From an uncultured delta proteobacterium (GTDB lineage: Bacteria; Myxococcota; Myxococcia; Myxococcales; Anaeromyxobacteraceae), in assembly GCA_963766715.1 (NCBI GenBank), contig CAVYBH010000002.1, positions 96,001-160,000 on the forward strand: a DNA stretch of 64,000 bases, in the 5' to 3' direction. The first letter of the stretch is position 1. Each line of letters begins with the position of its first letter. The position numbers and the translations under genes were made by a program. Shown piece after piece: positions 11,619 through 22,144 of the stretch. Under the pieces are notes generated by a model. It did not search any database. It saw only the letters and a program-made list of their open reading frames with translations, and had not been told where the DNA came from.

Positions 11619-12411
11619 GTGAACCGCGGCCCGGCGGCCGCCATCGCCATCGTCCTGCTCGCGCTCGCGGCCCCCGCCGCAGCCGAGGTCGCCGGTCCCG
11701 CGCCTGACCGGGCCGGTGGTGGACGAGGCCGGCGTGCTCGACGCGGGCTGGGAGCGGAGGCTCTCCGACCTGGCCCGGGCCGCGCGCGCGCAGAACGGCG
11801 GGAACCGGCCCCCAGCTCCAGTTCCTGCTCGTGAAGTCGCTCGACGGCGATCCCATCGAGGACTACTCGATGCGGGTGGCGGAGGCCTGGAAGCTCGGGA
11901 CCAAGGGCAAGGACGACGGCGTGCTCGTGGTCGTGGCCGTGAAGGACCGCAAGGTCCGCATCGAGGTGGGTGGCGGCCTCGAGGGCGGCCTCACCGACGC
12001 CCAGTCCGGACGGATCATCCGCACCGCCATCGTCCCGGCCTTCCGCGAGGGGCGCTACGGCGAGGGGTTGCACGCCGCCGGCCAGCAGATCCTGGCGGCG
12101 CTGGGAGCCCTCCCGGAGGGGATGGCCAAGCCGCCCCGGCGACAGGTCCAGGACGACGTTCCCGCAGGCATCCTGGGGATGCTCTTCGGCTTCCTCTTCT
12201 CGCTGGGCGCTCCGGCGCTCGTCCTGCTCGTCATCGCGTTCGTCGTCCTGCGGGCGCTCTTCGGCTCCCGGCGCGGCCCGCGCGGTCCCTGGGGCGGCGG
12301 CGGATTCGGGGCGGCTTCTCCGGCGGGGGCGGGTTCTCGGGCGGCGGAGGCGGCGGCTGGAGCGGCGGCGGGGGCGGGTTCAGCGGCGGCGGTGCCTCGG
12401 GGAGCTGGTAG
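11619..12411 (+). CDS. TPM-domain (YgcG-like) membrane protein (about 3 frame breaks)
   Basis: VVDEAGVL, IEDYSMRVAEAWKLG-x-KGKDDGVL, IEVG-x-GLEG and terminal GGGFSGGGASGSW; follows lemA. Confidence 0.88.
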
Positions 12412-12420
12412 GAGCGCGCG

Positions 12421-13057
12421 ATGGCCCAGGGCAGCCACTTTCCGAAGTCCGTGCAGGACCGCATCGAGGCGGCCGTGCGGGACGCCGAGTCCCGGAGCAC
12501 CGGGCAGATCGTCCCGGTGGTCGTGGACCGCTCCGAGCCCTACGACGAGGCGCGCTGGATCGCCGCCGTGGTCGCCGCGGCCATCGTCACGGGGCTCGTC
12601 GAGCTCGTGCGCTGGGAACCCACCGTCGCGGAGCTCTTCACCCTGCAGCTGCTGGGCGGTGCGGTGGGATGGCTGGCCGGGCGCCTGCCCTTCGTGGAGC
12701 GCGTCCTCGCCGGGCGGCGCCACCAGGAGCGGGCCGTGCACGCCCGCGCGGAGCAGGCCTTCTTCGAGCACGGGCTGCACGAGACCCGCGACGGCACCGG
12801 CGTGCTGGTCTTCGCGTCGCTCCGCGAGCACAGGGCCGTGATCATCGGCGACCGAGGCATCCACCAGCGCGTGGGCAGCGCGGAGTGGAAGCGGGCCGTC
12901 GAGGCGCTGGTGGACGGGATGCGGCGCGACGCGCCGGCCGAAGGGTTCGTCGCGGCCATCGGGATGGTCGGGGCCCTGCTTGGAGGAGCATTTCCCCCGG
13001 AGGCCGGGCGAGGTCGTGCCGAACGAGCTGCCCGACGGGCTGAAGCGCGGCAGCTGA
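12421..13057 (+). CDS. Second TPM-domain protein (frame break near 12980; corrected C-terminus ...HFP...NELPD)
   Basis: IEAAVRDAESRSTGQI, TRDGTGVLVF and GDRGI; the lemA-TPM-TPM trio is typical. Confidence 0.85.
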
Positions 13058-13080
13058 TCCGACGCGCCCCGCGCCCCGGA

Positions 13081-14085
13081 TCAGGCGCCGCCAGGGGCCC
13101 GGAAGGCGCAGTCCTGGCAAGGGCCGAGCGCTGGCCAGCCGTCCCCGACCGCACGCCAGGCCGGCGCAGCCCACGCCACCGCGAGCGAGGTCCGGGCGAG
13201 CGATCCCAGGTCACCCAGCTGGCCCGCCCGCGCCGCCGGGGAAGGGCAGGGGAGATAGCTCCCGTCGACCTCGACCCAGGCCTCCCGGCCGGCGAACGGG
13301 CAGTCGCCCCGGGGAATGGCCCCGGTCTCCGGAAGCTCGACGAAGCCGCGGAGCACCACCTCGCCGCCTCCCCGGCGAGGCGTCGTCGCCGCGACGTCGT
13401 GGGCCATCCGGACGGCCTCGTTCCACCGCCGGATCGCCCGGGGCGAATCCCGGAGCGAGGAGGCGACGAGCGACGGGAAGTGGAGCTGGAGGTGGTTCAC
13501 CTTCACCCGGTCGAGCCCCTCGAGGGCGGCCAGCCCGACCAGTCCGGGAAGCTCGGACACGTTCTCCGTGCGCGCGGCCACCTGCAGGCTGACGCCGCAC
13601 CGGTTCCCTCCCGCGGCGGCGATCTCGTCCCGGATCCGGACGAAGGTGCGGAGGTCGGAGAGCGCACGGGCGGGGTCGCGGCCGCCGATGAGATCCGAGT
13701 CGAGCCAGGGGGTGGCCGCGCCCCAGGAGACCTTCACGTCCGAGGAGGCCGGGCAGAGGATCCGGGCCCACCCCTCGGCGCCCCGGCCCGGGAACGACCC
13801 GTTGGTGGTGACGTTGAGCGCGATCCCCCGCGCCCGGCAGGCCTCGGCGAGCCCGGGCAGGCCGTCCCAGAGCAGCGGCTCGCCGCGGGTCGACGGCACC
13901 ACCTCGCGGGGCGGCGGGGAGAGCGAGTCGAGCGCCCGCACCACTTCCTCGAGCGAGAGGCGCCGCGGCGGCCCAGGAGGGCGGCGCGCCCGGGCCTCGT
14001 CCGAGTGGGTGGAGCACATCGGGCACCGCAGGTTGCACTCGTCGGGGTTGGTCACGAACGTGACGCGCCAGGGGACGGGGAGCAC
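13081..14085 (-). CDS. Radical SAM protein with C-terminal SPASM/twitch-like Cys domain
   Basis: CNLRCPMC motif, GEPLL, VTTNG; C-terminal CPF...VDGSYLPC...G-x-L...CQDC. The start may extend to 14121. Confidence 0.85.
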   Translation of the reverse strand: MLPVPWRVTFVTNPDECNLRCPMCSTHSDEARARRPPGPPRRLSLEEVVRALDSLSPPPREVVPSTRGEPLLWDGLPGLAEACRARGIALNVTTNGSFPGRGAEGWARILCPASSDVKVSWGAATPWLDSDLIGGRDPARALSDLRTFVRIRDEIAAAGGNRCGVSLQVAARTENVSELPGLVGLAALEGLDRVKVNHLQLHFPSLVASSLRDSPRAIRRWNEAVRMAHDVAATTPRRGGGEVVLRGFVELPETGAIPRGDCPFAGREAWVEVDGSYLPCPSPAARAGQLGDLGSLARTSLAVAWAAPAWRAVGDGWPALGPCQDCAFRAPGGA

Positions 14086-14108
14086 CCCCACATCGTAACG
14101 AGGACCGG

Positions 14109-14135
14109 TTGACAAACCCATCCGTTGGAACGGAT
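14109..14135. promoter_or_regulatory. TTGACA -35 hexamer plus perfect inverted repeat ATCCGTT-GG-AACGGAT (14120-14135)
   Basis: Read directly; lies between the divergent radical SAM and XRE-cupin genes. Confidence 0.65.
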
Positions 14136-14144
14136 AAACGATCC

Positions 14145-14804
14145 ATGCCCCCCAGGACGCAAGGAACGACGCGGCGACCCCGTGCGCGCGCGCGCGGGAC
14201 CCGGGTCCCCGGCCACGAGCGGGCCCACCCCGCCGCCGGCAACGACCTCACCCCGGTGCTGGGGGCGAACCTGCGCCGGCTCCGCAGCCGCAGGAACCTC
14301 TCCCTGGAGAAGCTCTCCAAGCTCTCCGGCGTCTCCCGGGCCATGCTGGGGCAGATCGAGCTCGGGCAGAGCGCGCCCACGGTGAACGTCCTGTGGAAGA
14401 TCGGGACCGCGCTGGAGGTCCCCTTCAGCGCCCTCATCACCAGCCGCCCCACCGCCTCCTTCCACGTGCTGCGGGCCGACCAGGCCAAGCGGCTCGCCTC
14501 CTCCGACGGCAGCTTCGTGTCGCGGGCGCTCTTCCCCTTCGACGAGCCCCGGCGGGTCGAGTTCTACGAGCTGCGCCTGGCCCCGGGCGCCATCGAGCGG
14601 GCGGACGCGCACCCGCCCGGGACGGTGGAGAACCTCGTGGTGAGCCGCGGCACGGTCGAGATCGAGGCCGGCGCGGGGACCCACGCGCTCTCCCCCGGGG
14701 ACGCCGTGGTCTTCGAGGCCGACGCGCCCCACTCCTACCGGAACGCCGGCGACGTCGAGGCGATCATGTACCTCGTGATGACCTACGCCGACACGGTGGG
14801 GTAG
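14145..14804 (+). CDS. XRE (HTH_3) plus cupin transcriptional regulator (SutR/YdcN-like)
   Basis: LSLEKLSKLSGVSRAMLGQIELGQSAPTVNVLWKI HTH; cupin AHPPGTVE...GDAVVFEADAPHSYRN. Confidence 0.92.
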   Translation: MPPRTQGTTRRPRARARGTRVPGHERAHPAAGNDLTPVLGANLRRLRSRRNLSLEKLSKLSGVSRAMLGQIELGQSAPTVNVLWKIGTALEVPFSALITSRPTASFHVLRADQAKRLASSDGSFVSRALFPFDEPRRVEFYELRLAPGAIERADAHPPGTVENLVVSRGTVEIEAGAGTHALSPGDAVVFEADAPHSYRNAGDVEAIMYLVMTYADTVG

Positions 14805-14807
14805 CCG

Positions 14808-16223
14808 GTGAGCCGCCCGACGCGAGAGCTGCTCGTCGAGCGGGGGATCGTGTCGCCGGAGGCGGTGGTCCGCGCCGAGGCGGTGGCCGCGACGAGCGGC
14901 ACGCGGCTCTGCAGCGAGCTGCTCGCCGCCGGCGAGGCGACGGAGGGTGCGCTGGTGAGCGTCCTCGCCGAGCGCCACGGCTGGCCCGGCGTCGACCTGT
15001 CCCACTCCGAGATCCTCGCGCAGGCGCTCCGGAACGTTCCGCCGGCGGTGGCGCTCGCCGACGGGATCCTCCCGCTCTCCACCGAGGGGGGCAGGCTCCA
15101 CCTGGCGCTCTCCGCTCCCGACGGCGCCGACAAGGTGGTCGCCGAGGTCCGCTTCGTCACCGGCATGGAGGTCTCGCCGTACGTGGCGGTGGAGGGCGCG
15201 CTCCGGAAGGCCATCCGGGAGGCCTACGACGGGCTCGCGCGCGGGGCGCCCGCCTGGCGGGGGGCGGAGGCCGCTCCGGGCGCCGGGATCGCCGTGGCCC
15301 GCACGGCCGGAGCGGATCCTCCCCGAAGGGGACGAGGTCGTCGTCGCGGTGGACGGGCGAGGTCGAGGGGACGCCCGCTCCCGACGAGACCCTCTCGGTT
15401 CCGGTGTCCGTCGACTCCGGTGGTCGCGGGAGCGGGGGCCATCCCGCTGGGGATCGGCGAGTCGACGCGGCGGATCCTGGTGGTCGACGACGAGCCCGAG
15501 ATCCGGATGCTGGCGGAGCGGACGCTCGTCGCGCACGGCTTCGAGGTGGAGACCGCGCCCGACGGCGAGGAGGCGCTGGCCCGCGTGGCGGCCCGGCCGC
15601 CGGCGCTCGTGCTGCTCGACGCCATGCTGCCGCGCATCCACGGCTTCGAGGTGGCCCGGCGGCTCCGCGCCGATCCCCGCACCCGCACCGTCCCGGTGAT
15701 CATGATGACCGCGGTCTACCGCGGGTGGCGCTTCGCCCAGGACGCGCGCGAGGCCTACGGCGCCGAGGACTACGTCGAGAAGCCCTTCCGCCTCGACGAC
15801 CTGGTGCGGCGCATCGAGTCGGTTCTCGAGGCGACTGCCAGCCGGGGACCGGCGAAGCCCTCCGGCGGCGACCTCATGCTGCGGCGGGGCAAGGAGCTCC
15901 TGCTCGCCGGCCGGCTCGACGCGGCCGTGGCGGCCCTCGGCGAGGCCATCGCCGCCGACCCGTTCTCCGCCGAGGCGCACCACCAGCTCGCCCGCGCGCT
16001 CCGCGCCCAGGGCGAGCACTTCCGCGCCATGACCTCCTTCGAGCGGGCGGTCGAGCTCCGCCCCGAATTCTTCCCGGCGCTGCGCAGCCTGGCCGCGCTG
16101 TACTCGGAGAAGGGCTTCCGCCGGAAGGCCGTGGAGACGCTGGAGCGCGCGCTCGCCGCCGCGCCCGACACGGTGGCCCGCGACGCGGTCCGCGCGGACC
16201 TCCTCGAGCTGCTCGAGGCCTGA
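14808..16223 (+). CDS. GspE-N/MshEN-like domain, response-regulator receiver and TPR protein
   Basis: N-terminal ELLVERGIV/RLCSELLAAG repeats; REC ILVVDDE...LLDAMLP...G...MTA...KPF; C-terminal TPR-like helices. Confidence 0.8.
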   Translation: MSRPTRELLVERGIVSPEAVVRAEAVAATSGTRLCSELLAAGEATEGALVSVLAERHGWPGVDLSHSEILAQALRNVPPAVALADGILPLSTEGGRLHLALSAPDGADKVVAEVRFVTGMEVSPYVAVEGALRKAIREAYDGLARGAPAWRGAEAAPGAGIAVARTAGADPPRRGRGRRRGGRARSRGRPLPTRPSRFRCPSTPVVAGAGAIPLGIGESTRRILVVDDEPEIRMLAERTLVAHGFEVETAPDGEEALARVAARPPALVLLDAMLPRIHGFEVARRLRADPRTRTVPVIMMTAVYRGWRFAQDAREAYGAEDYVEKPFRLDDLVRRIESVLEATASRGPAKPSGGDLMLRRGKELLLAGRLDAAVAALGEAIAADPFSAEAHHQLARALRAQGEHFRAMTSFERAVELRPEFFPALRSLAALYSEKGFRRKAVETLERALAAAPDTVARDAVRADLLELLEA

Positions 16224-16377
16224 GCAGATCCCTGCCTCCGGGCGCTGCACCCGGAAGACCCGCCCGCCCCCCCGCTGCCCGGGATCCGTGCAGCCGCGCG
16301 CCGCGCCTGCGTGACGTCCGGGCAGCCGCCTTTCCCGATCGGCCCTGATCGCGGTCCCGGCGCGGGATCGCGCGCCG

Positions 16378-16393
16378 CGGCACGCCCGGTGCA
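16378..16393 (+). promoter_or_regulatory. Candidate sigma-54 (-24/-12) promoter of amtB: CGGCACGCCCGGTGCA
   Basis: GG-N10-GC spacing with GGCAC core, about 85 bp upstream of amtB. Confidence 0.6.
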
Positions 16394-16476
16394 AACGGCT
16401 CCCCTGTCGGGCGTGCGGGCGCTGGCTCGGTGCGCTGCAGGCAGAGACGTTCAACTCGATCCCAGGGAGATTCAAG

Positions 16477-17930
16477 ATGGCCGTCGAACCCACGATCAGC
16501 GAGCTCGCGAAGAACCTCGCCGACACGCAGACCGCCCTCAACATCGTCTGGACGATGGTGGCGGGCTTCCTCGTCATGTTCATGCAGGCCGGCTTCGCGC
16601 TGGTGGAGACGGGCCTCACCCGCGCCAAGAACGCCGCGCACACGATGGGGATGAACTTCCTCGTCTACGCCATCGGCATCATCGGCTTCTACTTCGTCGG
16701 CTTCGGCCTGCAGATGGGCGGCGTCGGCTCCGCCTTCGGCGAGACCACGCTGACGAAGGAGTTCATCGTCAACATCTTCGGCAAGGACTTCGGCCTCTTC
16801 GGCATGAGCGGCTTCGGCCTGCCGCTCGCCATGTTCACGCCGGCCGTGGCGGCCACGTTCCTCTTCCAGATGGTCTTCATGGACACCACCTGCACCATCC
16901 CCACCGGCGCGGCGGCCGAGCGCTGGAAGATCTCGAGCTTCGTGCTCTTCAGCTTCGTCATCTCGACGCTCATCTACCCGATCTACGCCAACTGGGCCTG
17001 GGGCGGCGGCTGGCTCTCCGCGCATGGGCACGAACTTCGGCCTCGGCCACGGCCACGTCGACTTCGCCGGCAGCTCGGTGGTCCACATGACGGGCGGCGT
17101 GATGGCCTTCGTGCTCGCCAAGATGATCGGCCCCCGCATCGGCAAGTACGCGCGCCGACGGCCGCGTCAACCCCATCGCCCCGCAGAGCATCCCGCAGGT
17201 CATGATCGGCACCTTCATCCTGGCCTTCGGCTGGTTCGGCTTCAACGCCGGCTCGACCCTCTCCGGCATGGACACCCGCCTCGCGGTCGTGGCCACGAAC
17301 ACCATGCTCGCCAGCGCCACCGGCGCCTTCGCCGCCTACCTCTACGTGAAGATCAAGTACGGCAAGGCCGACCCGTCCTGGCTCGCGAACGGCATGCTGG
17401 CGGGCCTCGTCGCCATCACCGCGCCCTGCGCCTTCGTCTCCTCCTGGGCGGCCATGCTCATCGGCGCCATCGCCGGCGTGCTCGTCATCCTCGCGGCCAC
17501 CTTCATCGACACGAAGTCCTCAAGATCGACGATCCGGTCGGCGCCATCGCCGTCCACGGCGTGAACGGCGCCTTCGGCATCCTCGCCACCGGCATCTTCG
17601 CGAACGGCGTCTACGGCCAGGGCCTGAACGGCGTCGCCTACGGCGTCACCGGCCTCTTCTACGGCGACAAGGGCCAGTTCATCGCCTCGCTCATCGGCAT
17701 CGTCGCCAACATCGCCTGGGTGGCGCCGGTGGCCGCGCTCGCCTTCTTCGTCATCGGCAAGGTCGTGGGCAATCGCGTCGACGGCCGAGGACGAGGTCAA
17801 CGGCCTCGACATCTCCGAGATGGGCGTCCACGGCTACTCGGCCGATCCCGGCCCGGGCACAGGCATCACGCCGCACGCCTACGGCGCGACGGCAACGGCC
17901 GCGACGGTCGCCACCGTTGTGGGGCGGTAG
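16477..17930 (+). CDS. amtB: Ammonium transporter (about 4 frame breaks)
   Basis: FMQAGFALVE, AWGGGWL, DFAGSSVVH, FGWFGFNAGS, NGMLAGLVAITA, IDDPVGAIAVHG and C-terminal GLDISEMG. Confidence 0.95.
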
Positions 17931-17945
17931 CAACCGTCGAGGACA

Positions 17946-17990
17946 GAGGGGCGCCGGCGGATCCGAGCCCGCCGGCGCCCCTCGCTTTTC
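17946..17990 (+). terminator. Rho-independent terminator after amtB
   Basis: 15-bp stem GAGGGGCGCCGGCGG / CCGCCGGCGCCCCTC followed by GCTTTT. Confidence 0.85.
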
Positions 17991-18007
17991 GGGATTAGGA
18001 GGAGGAC

Positions 18008-19246
18008 ATGGTCGAGCATCTCCTCATCGCGCTGGTGGTCCTGCTGGTCGGAGCCAAGCTGGGCGGGGCACTCGCCGAGCGGTTCGGGCAGCCCGCGGTC
18101 CTGGGCGAGCTGCTCGCCGGCGTCCTCATCGGGGCGCTGCCGCTCGTCGGGTTCGGCCAGCTCTCCTTCATCGCCACGAACGACGTCGTGGACGCGCTCG
18201 CCGACCTGGGCGTGATCCTGCTGCTCTTCGAGGTCGGGCTCTCCACGCGGCTCGCCGACCTCATGAAGGTCGGCCTCTCCGCCTTCCTGGTGGCGACCGT
18301 CGGGGTGGTGGCCCCCATGATCCTCGGCTACTTCGTCGGGGTCTGGCTGCTCCCCGACGCGAGCTCGTACGTCCACGTCTTCCTGGGCGCGACCCTCTCG
18401 GCGACGAGCGTCGGCATCACCGCCCGCGTCCTCCAGGACATGGGGAAGGTGAAGACCTCCGAGGGGCAGATCATCCTCGGGTGCCGCGGTCATCGACGAC
18501 GTGATGGGGCTGCTCGTGCTCGCCGTGATGGTCGGGCTCCTGGGCGGCAGCACCCGCGAGCACCGGCGTCACCGCGGCCATCGTCACGGCCAAGGCCGTG
18601 GGGTTCATCGTGGGCGCGCTCGTGCTCGGCCGCTGGCTCGCCCCGCGCCTCTTCCGGCTGACGGCCCGGCTGCGCGGGCGCGGCGTGGTCTTCACGGCGG
18701 CGCTCGTCACCGCCTTCGTGCTCGCGCTCGCCGCGCACCTGGCCGGGCTGGCCCCCATCGTCGGGGCCTTCGCGGCCGGGCTCGTGCTCGAGGGCGTCCC
18801 CTTCGGCGAGCTGCTGCCCGAGGGAGAGAGCCTGGAGCACCTGCTCATGCCGCTCTCCGCCCTGCTCGTCCCCATCTTCTTCGTTCGCATGGGACTCCGG
18901 GTGAACCTTCCGGAGCTGGCCGGCGGATCGGTGGCGCTCGCGGCCGGGCTCACCGTGGCCGCCATCCTCGGCAAGCAGGCCTGCGCGCTCGCCGTCGTGA
19001 ACCGCGGGGTGGACCGGCTGGCGGTCGGCCTGGGCATGATCCCGCGCGGGGAGGTCGGCCTGATCTTCGCCGGCATGGGGCTCGACATGAAGCTCCAGGG
19101 CGTGCCCGTGCTGGGCAGCGGGGAGTTCGCCGCCGTGGTGGCCATGGTGATGCTCACCACCGTCGTGACGCCGCCGCTCGCTGCGCTGGCGCCTCTCCCG
19201 GGGCAGGCCGATATCGGCTCCCGCGGGGCAGCCCTCCGGCGGCTGA
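18008..19246 (+). CDS. Cation:proton antiporter, CPA2 family (about 3 frame breaks)
   Basis: QPAVLGELLAG, ATSVGIT, A-x-VIDD, IVGAFAAG, LGK and GMIPRGEVGL. Confidence 0.88.
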
Positions 19247-19327
19247 GCCGACCCGGCCGGGTCGCACGCCCCGGGCGTCCTCGCGGTCCCCGCGGAAGCC
19301 CGGTGTAGGATCGACGCCGGAGAACGC

Positions 19328-20615
19328 GTGGATCCCTACGAACCGCTCCTCTCGCTCGGCCTCGCCGTCGCCGCGGGCCTGCTCATCGGCCTGGAGCGGG
19401 AGCAGTCCGCGCCGACCGATCGGTTCACCGAGTCGTTCCTGGGCGGGGCGAGGACCTATCCGCTGGTCGCGCTCGCCGGCGCGCTCGCCGCGCTCCTCGG
19501 GCGCCACTTCGGCGCCCCGATGGTGGTCGCCACCTTCGCCGCCGTGGTGGTCTTCCTGGTCGTCTCCTACGTCGACGTGGTCCGGCGCGGGTCGGACCGG
19601 GGAATCACCTCCGAGGCCGCCTTCCTCGTCACCTTCCTCCTCGGGGCGATCGCCGTGCTCGCAGGACCTCATCCCGCAGGCGGGGCGACGGGTCTTCACG
19701 GTGCTCTCCACCGCCGTGGTCGTGACCGCGCTCCTCTCCTCGAAGCCCATCGTCCAGCCGCTCATGCGCCGCGTCTCCCGCGAGGACGTGGTGAGCGTGC
19801 TCAAGTTCCTCATCGTCGCGCTGGTGCTCGTGCCCTGGCTGCCCGACCGGAACTTCGGTCCGCTCGGGGCCCTCAATCTGCGGGTCATCGGCTGGATGAT
19901 GCTGCTCGTGGCCGGCGTCAGCTTCGTCGGCTACGCGGCCACGCGGCTGCTCGGACCGGAGCGCGGCCTCACCGTCACCGGCTTCGTGGGGGGGCTGGTC
20001 TCCTCCACGGCCGTCACCCTCGCCATGTCGGCCCGGTCCAAGGCGGACAAGGCCATGGAGCGGCCGGCGGCGCTGGCCGTGGTGCTCGCCTCGTCGATCG
20101 TGTTCGTGCGGGTGCTCGCCGTGGTCGCCTTCGTGAACTTCCAGCTCGCGGCGGCCATGGCCGTGCCCATGCTCGCCATGGCGCTGGTGGGGCTCGTGGC
20201 CTGCGCGTTCCTCTACCGCCACTCGACCCAGCACCGGACGGGCGAGCCGCTCCCGCTCAAGAACCCGGTCAGCCTCTCCTCGGCCTTCGAGTTCGCGCTC
20301 CTCTTCGCCGCGGTGCTCGCCGGCTCCAAGGCGGCGAGCCACTACCTGGGCTCGGCCGGCGTCTACGGCGCTGCGCTGCTCGCCGGCACCGCGGACATGG
20401 ACGCCATCGCGCTCTCCATGGCCGACCTGGCCGGAGACCAGGTGGCGCTGCCGGTGGCGGCCACGGCCGTGGTGCTCGCCGGCGTCACCAACACCCTCGT
20501 GAAGGGGGGAATGGCGCTCGCCCTCGGGAGCTGGGGCTACGCACGCATCGTCCTCATGTCCTTCGTCGCCATCCTGGCGGCCGGAGGGCTCTCGCTCCTC
20601 GCCGTATGGAGGTAG
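19328..20615 (+). CDS. MgtC/SapB-like N-terminus plus DUF4010 membrane protein (frame break near 19655)
   Basis: GLLIGLERE, G-x-RTY, GITSE and GGLVSSTAVT motifs. Confidence 0.85.
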
Positions 20616-20625
20616 GCTCTGGGGC

Positions 20626-22101
20626 GTGCCCACCGGCGAGCCCTTCACCACCGCGCTCCTGCTCACCACCGGTGGCCTCCTTCTCGCCGCGAGCGTCCTC
20701 TTCTCGGGGGCGACCCGGCGGCTGGGGATGCCGGTGGGGCTGTTCTTCGTGGCCATCGGCATGCTGGCCGGCCGCGAGGGGCTCGGCATCGCCTTCGAGG
20801 ACTACGCCTTCGCCTGGCGCCTCGGGACCGTGGCCCTGGCGCTCATCCTCTTCGACGGCGGGCTCAACACCCCCGCGGCGTCCTTCCGGGTCGCGCTGGC
20901 GCCCGCGGCGGTGCTGGCCACGGCCGGCGTCCTCGCCACCGCCGGGCTGGTGGGCGCATTCGCCCACTTCCTCGGCCTGCCCTGGGAGCAGGCCCTGCTC
21001 CTCGGCGCCGTGGTCTCGTCCACCGACGCAGCGGCGGTCTTCTCCATCCTCCGGACGAGCGGCATCCAGCTCAAGCGGAGGGTGGGGGCGACGCTGGAGC
21101 TCGAGTCGGGCCTGAACGACCCGATGGCGGTCATCCTCACCGAGGCGCTCACCTCCCAGCTCGTCTCGGGGCGCCCGCTCGGGTGGGCCACGGTCCTCGA
21201 CGTGGTGCTCAAGCTCGGGGTGGGCGCGATCGCCGGGCTCGCCATCGGCTCCGGCGGCCGCTGGGTCCTCGGGAAGACGCGCCTCCCCGTGGGCGGCCTC
21301 TACCCGGTGCTGACCACGGCCATCGCGCTCCTCGCCTTCGGCATCCCGGAGCTGATCCACGGGAGCGGCTTCCTCTCGGTGTACCTGGCAGCGGTCCTCA
21401 TCGGCAACGGTCCGCTGCCGTTCAAGGGCGGGGTCCTGCGAGCCCACGACGCCGGCGCCTGGTTCCTCCAGGTCTCGATGTTCCTCGTGCTGGGGCTCCT
21501 GGGAAGGCCCTCCTCCCTGCTCGCCAGCGGCCTCATGGGGCTCGCGCTCGGCTTCTTCCTGCTCGTGGCCCGGCCGCTGGTCGTCGTGCCCATGCTGGCC
21601 GCCTTCGGGTTCCGGTGGCCGGAGCGGCTCTACGTGGGGTGGGTGGGGCTGCGCGGGGCGGTCCCCATCATCCTCGCCATGGTCCCCGTCCTGGCCCGGG
21701 CCCCGGGGGCGGAGACCATCTGGAACGCGGTCTTCTTCATCGTGCTCGTGAACATCACGGTCCTCGGGCTCACCGTCCGGCGCGGGGCGAGCCGGCTCGA
21801 CCTCCAGACGGCCCGGCCCCCGCCGCCGCAGGGGCTCATCGAGATCTCGCCGAGCCGCCCGCTCGACGCCGACATCGAGGTCTTCTACGTCGACCCCGCC
21901 TCGGCGGTGGCCGGATCGGCGATCGCCGATCTCCCGCCGTTCCCGGCGGGCTCCTCGGTGCTCATGATCCTGCGCGCCGACGACCTGCTCCCCGCGCGCG
22001 GCGCGACCGTCCTCGAGCCGGGGGATCACGTCTACCTGCTCACCCGCCCGGAGGACCGGGGCTTCGTCCACCTCCTCTTCGGCGATTCGGAGGAGGGTTG
22101 A
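20626..22101 (+). CDS. cvrA: K+/H+ antiporter CvrA/NhaP2 with TrkA-C domain
   Basis: LILFDGGL, SSTDAAAVFS, LELESGLNDP, WVGLRGAVPI and a C-terminal RCK-C domain. Confidence 0.9.
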   Translation: MPTGEPFTTALLLTTGGLLLAASVLFSGATRRLGMPVGLFFVAIGMLAGREGLGIAFEDYAFAWRLGTVALALILFDGGLNTPAASFRVALAPAAVLATAGVLATAGLVGAFAHFLGLPWEQALLLGAVVSSTDAAAVFSILRTSGIQLKRRVGATLELESGLNDPMAVILTEALTSQLVSGRPLGWATVLDVVLKLGVGAIAGLAIGSGGRWVLGKTRLPVGGLYPVLTTAIALLAFGIPELIHGSGFLSVYLAAVLIGNGPLPFKGGVLRAHDAGAWFLQVSMFLVLGLLGRPSSLLASGLMGLALGFFLLVARPLVVVPMLAAFGFRWPERLYVGWVGLRGAVPIILAMVPVLARAPGAETIWNAVFFIVLVNITVLGLTVRRGASRLDLQTARPPPPQGLIEISPSRPLDADIEVFYVDPASAVAGSAIADLPPFPAGSSVLMILRADDLLPARGATVLEPGDHVYLLTRPEDRGFVHLLFGDSEEG

Positions 22102-22144
22102 GGCGCCGCGCGGCCAATCGGGTACGATGCGCGCTGGAGGTTGG

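Noticed and set aside
12290..12411. GGC-rich repeats
   Set aside because: They encode the normal Gly-rich tail of TPM proteins; not a CRISPR or tandem element.
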